A stretch of 64,000 bases of DNA, taken from NCBI GenBank assembly GCA_000165425.1, contig CT868050.1, forward strand, positions 1-64,000, written 5' to 3'. Below are positions 53,732 through 64,000 of this stretch, piece after piece; within the stretch, counting starts at the first letter, position 1; the number at the start of each line of letters is the position of its first letter. The notes under the pieces were generated by a model. That model worked only from the letters and a program-made list of their open reading frames with translations. It had not been told where the DNA came from and did not search any database. Origin of the DNA: Paramecium tetraurelia. Taxonomy: Eukaryota. A program made the translations under genes and the position numbers.

Positions 53732-54436
53732 TCATGCCTTGGTTTCATAAACGAAAACCCTGAAAATCTTGGTTGGGATGTTGAACTCCTTATTAAGCTT
53801 CTCCTTGTTCACAATTTTCAATTGAGTTTTGGTCAACAAAGTTTCGAACTCCTATTCGTATGTGATTTATCCGAAATCGATAGTTGTGAAATACTTGATC
53901 TTGGGTTTGATGTACTCGACAAATTGGAGGAAGGTTGAATTCTTCTTACTGTCTGGTTGTAGAGTCAAAATGAAATAGATAGATCCCCCTGGATTTAGCA
54001 ACGATTTAGCCAATTCAAGAGCTTCAATCCTCTTGGGCATGAGCATGAAAGACGAGGAGAAGACTACGGCATCAAACTTTCCTTCCTTCCTTTCGGACAC
54101 CTCATAGAAGTTTTGATATCTAATTTCCAGTTTACGTCCTCCTAAATTATAATTTCTAAAAATGTTATTGGCTTTCAACACATAGGCTTGATCGATGTCC
54201 ACTCCCAAGACTTCGCAATTTTATGGCAATTGATTCCAGATGTGTTTCAATGGAGAACCTGTTCCCACTCCGATGTCCAGGATCCTTTTGGGGTTTCTTT
54301 GGTTCATATAAAAGACTAGTCTTTCATAGCTGTATTTTGTTAAGAAATTCGAGATGATCATGTCATAGATGGTGGATGGAATAAAATATAGGGTATGTAG
54401 AATTTTAGTCAAGAAAGTCTGAATGAATGATGCCAT
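53732..54436 (-). CDS. Class I SAM-dependent methyltransferase
   Basis: RILDIGVGTG, VLGVDIDQAY, KFDAVVFSSSFML and LLNPGGSIY; the two ORF-track pieces are joined by TAA=Gln. Confidence 0.9.
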
Positions 54437-54605
54437 TAAATAAAATATTAATTTATATAAATGAATTATTAAAATATGCAATATAATTAATTTCTAGATT
54501 AATCTATTTGATCATCGTTGTGAGATGATGTAGCAGTAAGTACTTAATTTTTAGTGATTTCAATTGAATTCTTAAAATGTATAAATTTTATTAAATAAAA
54601 AAACC

Positions 54606-56207
54606 ATGTCATTGTTATTCTTGCTCTAACTATTCTCATTATACAATTGCATTCGATTTTAATAGACCTACTCTTACTTTGATTCGATTGATAAGTTAGA
54701 ACTAATAACATCAATCTTGTTAAGTGGAAAACCTTGCAATTTAGAAGCTTTAAACGCATGTGCCTTGAAATTTTATATGCTCAATAATGATGCTCACGCT
54801 ATTAGCAATTTGGGCTACTTTCATTTGTTTGGTTTTCCAGAGAATAGAGGAGATGAATATTTGCATTTTTGTCAGGAATTCGGAGGATTTTCAGTTCCAC
54901 TCCTGAAGTAGAATGAAAGTTTGGCTTACAATTATTTTAAATTAAGCAATCGATACGAAACTTAGGTTTATATTGCCTTCATTGATTGGATGAACTTCAA
55001 GAGAGGAGGACCAGTGCCTAGAAGCATTAGAAAATTGAAGAATCTGGATTATACACTAGCCAAATTAGCTTACTTCAATTACTAATTTAATTGCCATCGA
55101 TTCAGAAACATCCCTGAATTAGAACTTAGTCAAAGATTCGATGAGATGTTTGGTGAAGTTGATTGTCAATAATGCGATCAATTGATGTTGATTGGGTATC
55201 AAATAGGCGAGGCAGAATTGTAGTATTTTCATGAGATTATACCCAAGATCGAATTGACTCATGAAGACTTTTTGCTTATAGAGTAGTAGGCAAATAATGG
55301 AGATCCATAGGCGTAACTTCAGTTAGCATATTAATTCTACGCTGGAAACGATAATTTGGGAATAAATAGGGACTTAAATCAAGCCATGAATATCTTCTCA
55401 AATATGAGCTTGAGTGGAGAGTCATTGCATAATCAAGCACTCTTACATGTGATGAAAGGGGAATACTAGCAGGCTTTGATTTTACTCTAATAGGCAATCG
55501 AGCTATTTTAGATGCCTGATTCTTACAATCTATTGGGTTATATGTATTTATAGGGTCTGGGAGTGGAAGAAGATTTGAAGATGGCTTAGTCTCTCTTTTA
55601 ATAGGCTGTGGATAGGGGGTTCGATGCAGCTGCAGTCACTCTTGGAATAATGAAGATGAATAGAAATGTGACTGAGGGAGTTGAGTAATTGCTGAATCAA
55701 ACTGAATACAATGCGAGATGGGCTTTGATCTAAGCTTATGTAAGTTTTTCGAAGGTTTTGGATCAGCAATTTGGATGTCAAAGATTTTTGAACATCACGA
55801 GAGAGTTCATTAAATAAATTATATATCCAGTCATATAGAATGAGAAACCATTGCCCGAGGATCCAAAATCGTAATACATAATGAAATAATTCTGGGCATT
55901 CCTAGGGATTATTGAACCAATAGATCTAGAAGAATAAGTTATTTATAGATTTGAGGGGGCTGCCACAGCACTTGCTCATGACTTAACTGATTAAGAATTG
56001 TAGAAGAAGTTCTATTAATCAGATCTCTAACCAGAGAGCTATATATCACTCTCACAAATTGAGTTTTCATAAGGAAATACTACTCAAGCACAATATTGGG
56101 TTGATCAATTAATAAGACAATGCATTGAAGGCAAATATGAGAAGGACTCCTTGTTTGTTGCTTATATGTGGAAAGCTTGGATCACCTTGGTGAATATTTT
56201 TTATTGA
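54606..56207 (+). CDS. SEL1-repeat protein with signal peptide (Hrd3/SEL1L-like architecture)
   Basis: MSLLFLLQLFSLYNC signal, AISNLGYFHLFG, SYNLLGYMYLQGLGVEEDLKMAQSLFQQA and a hydrophobic C-terminus; single frame to TGA at 56205. Confidence 0.75.
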
Positions 56208-56253
56208 TTGTTTAGTTATATTCATGCATATTATTATAATAATATTAATTAGA

Positions 56254-57135
56254 ATGGAGTAAAAATCTTCAAAACGAATGTGTTCAATGGATTCTAATTT
56301 CGAGCATGCTGAATTCATATCAGCTAGAACAGATACCAAATAGCGTTTAGGAGAATTATTCATTCAGCATCCCACAAAATTGGAAAGTATCAATATTGCA
56401 AATTATAACTTTAAGTGTTTGGTCTGAGATAAGTAAGTTCCAGAATCCCAAAATTCAAACATAAAAAACCTCTATTCGAATTACCCATGAGTGATACGTA
56501 AAGGTCATTGACACATCAAACAACTTCGATTATTGATTGTAGCAAATGTAGTCAAAGTCTCTCAAAAATGATCAATAATAAAACCCATCATGAACAATTG
56601 GTTCTCTCATAACCTACTCTAGTAGCTGAAGAGAGGAAAGAATTATAATTGTAACCCCCAAAACGATTGGCGAGTCATCATGGCAGATTAAGGAATGAGT
56701 TACCTCCCATATTGGCTCATCCTAATATTTCACCACCTCCCTCCTTTCAGCAATCTCTCAAGACACAAACTAAACAAAAAACATTGGGAAAATTGTCTTT
56801 CGGACGAATCTCTAAGAATCTTGATCATGATCTCATGCAAGTCATTTAATCAGAACTTCAGAAGCAATTCAATAATAATCTTCAAAAAGACTATCCAATT
56901 GCTAAGATGCTTTAAAAATATGTATTTATGGTTGTCTATGCAATTCAAGCAAAACTTAAAAAGGTCTAAGTTGATCTCTCTTAGTCAGGCCATCAAGGAT
57001 TTTAAGAGGTCGGTGCAGTCGGAGGACAAGTCAAATACTTTTGAACTATTCAAATTGAAGGAGAAGGAATTAAATTAATTAATCTCTGGGCATAATAATT
57101 ATGAAATTTATTAAACTATTGATGATATAATATGA
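56254..57135 (+). CDS. Hypothetical protein
   Basis: MEQKSSKRMCS...TIDDII* is continuous after removing two short introns (29 and 28 nt). Confidence 0.55.
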
Positions 57136-57227
57136 TTAATAATATTTTTAACTAATTAACACCTTATTTACGCATTATTGAAACTTATTTATGAAAATTT
57201 TATGTCACTTTGAATTTGTATTATATA

Positions 57228-58403
57228 ATGTAGAACAAAGCTCTTGTTTTGAAATAAAGACCTGACGAAACATTCCCACAAAATATGGACTTTTTTGAAG
57301 TTCGAGAAGTCCCTGTACCTGAACTTAACGACGGGGAAATCTTGATTAGAGTACTCTTATAATTCAAAAAAAGGTTTTGTACATTGGAGTTGATCCAGTC
57401 ATGAGAGTTTGGCTTTCTGGAGCCAAAACCTACATCGACGCTGTCTAAATAGGACAAGTCATGCCTGCTTTTGGAGTGGGGATTGTGGTTGACACCAAAT
57501 AGCCAAAATGGGATGTAGGTAAAAGAGAATTCCTAAATTTTAGGACAAATCGTATTTGGGGTTTTGGAATGTGCCAATCTCTGTAAAAGAGCAACCAAGC
57601 CTTTATTCAAAGTTCCTCTCTTTGAGTTAGGCGACCCAAATATACCTCTCTTGCTTTCTATTTATGGAGTCACAGGACTGACAGCTCTTAACGGAATGAA
57701 ACTCATTCCATAAGATCATATACCTACCTAAGACAGATAGAGAACTTTTTGTGTGTCAAGTGCAGCAGGGTCGACAGGATCGATAGCTCTTTAGATCGCA
57801 AAACATATGGGGTTTAAGACAATCGGAATTGTGAGTGGGAGAGAGAAGAGAGAGTTCGTTTTGGGTTTGGGTGCAGACGAATGCATCACTTATAATGATT
57901 GCAAAGAAAATGATGAAATAATTGTTGAGTATGGAATATTATTAAATTAAGCAAATTAACATAAGAAATAAAAAGAGTGGCTCCAAATGGCATAGATGTA
58001 TATTTTGACAATGCAGGAGAAGAAGTCCTAGATGCTGTATTACCAGGTATGGCTAAGGAGGGATTAATCTTGTTATGTGGAGCTACATCCACATACAATG
58101 CTTGGAAGAATAGAGGTGGATTGACTAATCTTGCTTCCGCCATCACATAACAAGTCAAATTAGAAGGTATAATTTAAACATTAGAGATTAGGCATCATAT
58201 TTTATTAGGACCAAGCCAAAATTTATAGTGGATTCTCAGATATGATCGAATTAGTCAATGATGGAGTAATCAAACATTAAGAGGAAATTTATTATGGAGT
58301 TGAGAATTTTGTCTAAGGTCTTAAGAGAGTCTTCCTTGGACAGAACATGGGGAAAATCATTATTTAAATCGACCAATAAGTTGAACATTAAGCCAAACTA
58401 TGA
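57228..58403 (+). CDS. NADPH-dependent alkenal/prostaglandin reductase-like MDR oxidoreductase with C-terminal AKL
   Basis: GVDPVMRVW, YGVTGLTA, VSSAAGSTGSIALQIAK, APNGIDVYFDNAG, LCGATSTYN and GQNMGKIII; four introns. Confidence 0.92.
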
Positions 58404-59500
58404 TTATATTAAGTTGTGTTTAATAATATTATTATAAATGATAAGCTATTATAATTATGTCCTTTATCTATCATACAATATTAATTATTTCCATATCTCT
58501 TAAGATGCTTTCAATTCAGTGTCCAATTAAGGTGGACCAAAAATGATTATTAATGTGCTCAATGAATGTCTATTTTGTAAATCAAGTTCTAATGATTGGA
58601 AACTCTTTTTATAGAAATTTCCTTTAACTAATAATTTAAAATTAGGAGTGTATAAACATACCCTTTCATTCTTTTGTAGGAAATCAGGATTGGATTATAA
58701 TATATACTACCTAGTTATTAAAAACTATGCAATTTGCCTAGATTACAAATTCTAATGTATTGAATTAATTTTTGCCAGATTCATCTTTAATATGTTCCAT
58801 TCCAATCTCTCCAAATCAGAATTCAATATGAAGACGGCTGTTATCAAGAAACGAAAGATTATTAAAATAAATAGAATCTATTCAATTATATATGTTCTTA
58901 TCTCGAAGTCTAAATATATCTTCTAAAAATTATTGGCAAATCATGGCTTCTTAAGATTATTAACTCATTTTGATGTTATTTAAGTGATGCTATAATATTC
59001 AATTTAATCGATTTTATGTCATAAACCATAAAAACAACATAAATATTATTGAACTAATGATTTCACTTATAAGCAATTCGACAAAACCAATCGTTGCTCA
59101 ATAGATTATGCTATGATTGATGAACTGATAACATAATCAAGAATCATTATGTGATTATATTTAGTTAGTTTTTTAAAACATAATTTGATAGTAAAATATC
59201 TCAAATTATATTTGTATTTGAACCAATATAATAGATTGAATTACTTTTTCACATTTTATTTTATTTCTTGAGATCAATCACTCCATTGTTATAAAGGATA
59301 ACTATTATTATATTAATCCAAATATCATGAATGGATATAATTATCAAAAAAATTAATTATAAAATTTTCAATTAAAATAATTATTATAATATGTAATTTT
59401 TAGTAGAGGATTTAAATTTATTATGTATCATTATACTTTATAATTACCCTTGATACTTGAGTTTTTATAAAGTTTAAATTTATTTATATATCTGTGTGGC

Positions 59501-60383
59501 ATGACAGATTACTTGAAGGCTGTAATTGAAACACAACTTATAGGAGCATTCAGAGTGGCAATAACGATGCCTCTAGAACATGTCCTAGATAGAATCAAGA
59601 CCTACAAACAGTCGAAATTGGGAATCACCTATTTATAAGTATATATATTATTTTGTATTTTAGAGTTTTAGGGATATAAAGGGGGCTCGAGGTTACCTGG
59701 GATTATACGATGGTTTCTATCCTAGCTTTCTTAGAAACATGTTTAAATAGTATTATCGTTGGCCAATGATGATCTTTATCCCATCATTTCTTAAAGACCA
59801 TATTGATAATTCTTCTCTAAATAAGATTCTCACTGGCATATCAATAGGATTATTTGAGAGTTGTCTCATAACACCATTTGAGAGGCTTAAAACACTAAAA
59901 ATGACCACAATGTCCACTGGATTTGGATACTTAAAATACATAACTCTAGATTCCATTTATGTTGGATTTCGCATCCAAACCACTCGATAGGTAGTATCCT
60001 GGACAAACTATTTATACTGGGATCACAAACTCAGATATGCACTGAAAGGAGATCCCTCTCAGAAGTTAAGTTTAGTAAATGGCTTGATTGCTTCATTTAT
60101 TTCAAGTGTTTTGAATATTATGGCAGGTTAAATATAAAATTTATTTATAGTTCATCCGATTGATACATTAAAGACACTAGTGTAGATGGAATCTAATCAG
60201 GGATATAGAAAGATTCCCTTGTTCTAAGCCTTTTAGTTGGTATTTCAATAACATGGTCTATCTGGTCTATATGCTGGTTGGCAGGCAAGAATAATAGCCT
60301 ATTTTTGTTAAGCGGCTCTGACAACTCCAACTATAGACTATTTGGAGAGGAATTACGGAATCGCAAAAAGAAATGATAAATGA
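59501..60383 (+). CDS. Mitochondrial carrier family (SLC25) protein
   Basis: Three repeats: PLEHVLDRIKT, PFERLKT and PIDTLKT, with GLYDGF and GLYAGW; two introns. Confidence 0.9.
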
Positions 60384-60991
60384 TTTACATTTAATTTATT
60401 ATCTCATTATAATTTAATAAAAAGGAACAACAAACATATTAGATTATTTCATTTTCATAAATAACTGTCTAGAGTTCTCTAATTTTTCTTGTTCCAAAAG
60501 TATAGGTTTCCTTTCTTAATTTTTTATTTCATAAATAGCTTTATCAATTAAATGGATTGCTAAGAGATTCTATAAAATAAACGCAATAATTTTATACTCA
60601 ACAATTATAAATCACTTTATTGAATCCTATTAATACCTCCTTTTTTTGCTTTACCTCTACTTTCCTAACAACTTAAATTGACAATTCAATTTGATGATTT
60701 TTGTATTGTAATTTTCATTCAAAGTTTCAGTTATCTATTTCTAAGCTTCATATTATAATTTATCTAAATTAGTTTATGAATATAGATGGTATAAAAAATG
60801 GATATGAAAGTTTAGCATAGTCTATTTAAGAGTTTAAGATTAAGTTGATGTTACTACAATTAAGAACAATTATATTTTGTTAAATAATTTGATCTTTGAT
60901 TTTACCCAATTAGTAGGATTGCAAGACTATTCGCAATGTTAGTTAACTAAAACTACTTTCTGAATCTATGGTGTATTCAATTTATAGCCTC

Positions 60992-61014
60992 ATTCCTCAT
61001 TCAGAATGAGGAAT
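60992..61014. repeat. Perfect 11-bp inverted repeat with a 1-nt spacer
   Basis: ATTCCTCATTC-A-GAATGAGGAAT. Confidence 0.8.
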
Positions 61015-61458
61015 TTATTGCTAAATTTAATACATTAAAGATAGCTTTCTGAGGTTATGTATTCAGTCAAGAAATCATTGCAATAAACAAAAATTTAACA
61101 TAGTTAAGCATTTTAAGAACTCAAGCATGATAATCCTTTTTAAAAAATGTAAATCCTAGAAACATCAGAGTTTTCTCAAAAATTAAATTTACCTCTAAAA
61201 ATGATCAAATTTTTTGATAAATGATGAAAAGATCCATCAATTCTCATAAAGAAATTTAAAAAGCCTGTTCGATTATTGCAATAGGTCCGGAAAGTACAAA
61301 AATACAATTAAAATGATTGCGATTACTTAATAGTCTCATCTCTCTTAATTCATGAATTGTTGGATGCTTTCAATGGAAAATGGCTTGTTATTATCATTAT
61401 TCTCATCATATATCAAATATATATATATTGTACTATATGTATGCAAATATAATTTGAA

Positions 61459-61992
61459 TCAGAATAAAACAAATTGTTTTCTAACATTACCGATGATTTC
61501 GTTTGGAATGACCTTCAATACATTGAATCTGACTGTCTTTGATAATGGTCTTTAATTAATTATTTAAATTAGCTTACCTGCATTGTCCGCAAACAACAAT
61601 ATCTCCTTCCTTGACTGGTCCAAATGCTGGTGAAATGTGAACTGGTACATTTCTGTGTCTCTTTTCATATCTATTATATTTGGCAACATAATGTAAATAA
61701 TCTCTTCTGATGATAATTGTTCTGGTCATCTTTGTTGAAATTACTATGCCTCTATTCAATTATTGATTTTCATTTACTTCAAGATGGCTCCTCTGACACT
61801 CACATTTCCTGTGAATGGACATTTCTTATCAATGTAATTGCCTTCAATTGCATCCTTTGGTACTTTGAAACCAAGACCTACTTCCTTCCAATATCTGACT
61901 CCCTTGGATGTTTTCTTTGCCAACAATTTCTTAGAGTTTTAGAAAATGCCCTCTTATTTTTGGAAGGCTCTTTGGTTTTGAACGTCTGCCAT
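61459..61992 (-). CDS. RPS11: 40S ribosomal protein S11 (uS17)
   Basis: [48 protein letters not shown] and [12 protein letters not shown]; two introns. Confidence 0.98.
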
Positions 61993-62035
61993 AATATAAT
62001 TTTTTAAAAAAAAGATATAAAAATTTAATACTTTA

Positions 62036-62533
62036 ATGATCAGATTAGAATAGAAAATAGAAACTAAAGCTTTATTGCCTCGTCTCAAATAAAAATCCAT
62101 CAATGACAATACCATGTATACAATTTAGTTACTACGCAAAACCATACATCAAATGACAAACAAATATTCGGAACCTCAGCCCAGATAAATGGCATCCAAA
62201 ATGTTACCTGCTCAAAAAGTGAAGAGATTAAATTATTCCTACACTAAAGAGTACTCTCAAAACCACCAAAGTTAATCAATTGAACAATATCAAAGAGCAT
62301 CCACATAAACTATCACCAACTTCAACATTGATTATAAAAAGAGTTCGCCAGATAACTTCAAGATGAAAGTAACAAAATCTCCCAACCTGCCCATTAATTC
62401 AATCCAAATTTTTTAGCAATTTAGAAATAGGTTTTAAACCATGGACATAAATGACAGGTTCAAAAACCTAAAAAATAGAGCATTATCCCAGAAATACGGA
62501 AAAAGAACCAGATCTGTTTCTCAATAAAAATGA
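62036..62533 (+). CDS. Basic low-complexity hypothetical protein (165 aa)
   Basis: Uninterrupted table-6 ORF MIRLEQKIETKALLPRLK...RSVSQQK*. Confidence 0.55.
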
Positions 62534-63015
62534 ATACGTAATAATTACTATTAAATTTTGAAATAAAGATTTTTCAAAGGAATCTTCCTTCTTTCAAGAA
62601 TATTCATTTTAATTCTTGTTTATTTGACTAAGCCTAATATTATTATACCAAATTATCTATATTATTAGGCCATTTTGATTCTAATTCTAATTTTTCTCTC
62701 AAAAATAAATTATATAATTATGCAAATTAAATATGTTACAAATAAATGATTTAAAAACAAAGGATTTACATTCGCGATATGAATAGTAAGTGTAGCATCA
62801 CTCAATTATTAATAATTTAAAACAAACTTTAATTTGATATATTATAATTCTATAGTCATTTATTTAAGAAAAGATATAGTCATCCAAACGATGAATGATA
62901 CAATATTATTTGTTGTTTTATGTTTAGCTAAGATTTGATGTCTGTAAAGGCATAGATATTTTAAGATTTCAAATTCAATTATAAATTATTACATATGTAT
63001 TTATATTAAATAATT

Positions 63016-63770
63016 ATGGGAAATAATCTTTGCTATTAAACTGGAGAGAGATCTTCATTGTTTCCTTAATTGCTATTAAAATATGAAATGGGAAATTGTG
63101 AAATCGTGTTAACTGCAGGGCCTGTTGAAAATGAAGATGTGGAATGTTTAGTGATACCAACTGATTCTGGATACACCAATATCAAGCAAAGCGAAAGACC
63201 TAGTTTTAAATAAATAAACGAGAAATGTGTCTTTTTGCCTGGTAATAAAAGTATTGAATTCATAAATGCTTAAAAAAGAACGAAAAAGTTAGATTTTGGC
63301 TATTGTCATAGACAAGAATTTCTCAATTAAAAATGATGATGGAGAAGATGAAAAGTAGACAATCTACGCAACAGTTTAAGAGGCCCTCAGATTGGTAAAA
63401 TCATCAAATCTATCCTAAGGCCGAATAAAAGCTAATGAAATCTATTGGGTTCCCAGTATTTGAATCTAAAGATCATACTACTTCAGCTACCATCATGTTA
63501 ATGGCTATTAAACTCAGTTTAACAGAGCAAAAAATAAATTCCCTTAAAAGAATAGCAATCACACTTGATGTATCCAATTTTGCATAATCATACAAGCATA
63601 TTGAACAAGTGAGCAGCTTTAAATGGGTATTTCAACAAGTGTTCAAAGGAAGCGAACAATTGAAGCATTCTAGAACCTATTCAAGTTCAATAAATACGCA
63701 AATAGATTCGATCTCTATAGACAACATAAAGTCTAAAGTTAAAAGCAATACAAAGGATGAAACTCCTTGA
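63016..63770 (+). CDS. Putatively N-acylated, degenerate macrodomain-like protein
   Basis: MGNNLC N-terminus; EIVLTAGPVENEDVECLVIPTD and TVQEALRL|AEQKLMKSIGFPVF...SATIMLMAI...SLKRIAITL follow macrodomain secondary-structure order; three introns. Confidence 0.65.
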
Positions 63771-64000
63771 ATTAACCAAATTCATAAGTAACAAATTGAT
63801 TTATATTGTTTAATAATAAATTATCAAATTTAATGTTCCTCTTTCTTCCATTTACAAGAAAAATGTGAGTACTTCATATACAATTTACAATATTACCAAG
63901 GTCATAAAATAAAATCACCGAAATATTTAACAATAATATTATATCATATTTTATTTTATATGATTGCGGATATGCTAAAATCTAGTTTCTATTAACGTAA

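Noticed and set aside
1..64000. Retained IESs, transposons, telomeric repeats, tRNA/rRNA, CRISPR
   Set aside because: Frame interruptions in the genes I checked are explained by GT..AG introns, apart from the one homopolymer shift. I saw no G4T2/G3T3 arrays, transposase motifs, cloverleaves or spaced repeats. Long genes were only partly walked, so a small IES cannot be excluded.

Overview
AT-rich, gene-dense ciliate DNA, almost certainly Paramecium macronuclear (somatic) sequence. Conserved proteins read through TAA/TAG as Gln (translation table 6; TGA is the only stop) and are split by 22-30 nt GT..AG introns, so the supplied standard-code ORF track is largely fragments and shadow ORFs. I translated the genes by hand and can support about 30 protein genes. 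These include a cathepsin L homologue, a WD40 protein, a classical protein-tyrosine phosphatase, a TPR protein, a PAS-type multi-pass membrane protein, a 2-Cys peroxiredoxin, RPL8, RPS11, SAPS, MORN, GYF and Unkempt-type CCCH proteins, and an ~8 kb InsP3-receptor-like Ca2+-release channel. The rest include a cyclin, a Ser/Thr kinase, a tesmin/CXC protein, a SAM methyltransferase, a SEL1-repeat protein, a prostaglandin-reductase-like enzyme, a mitochondrial carrier and a divergent macrodomain protein. I saw no rRNA, tRNA, transposon, telomere or CRISPR. The most notable oddities are an unannotated 71-aa secreted peptide with four CxxxC motifs, a cathepsin with its catalytic Cys replaced by Ala, an apparent one-base frameshift in the channel domain of the InsP3R-like gene, Gln at the RPL8 His hydroxylation site, and two lipid-anchored adaptor-like proteins. 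Coordinates and intron boundaries are manual and could be off by a few bases.
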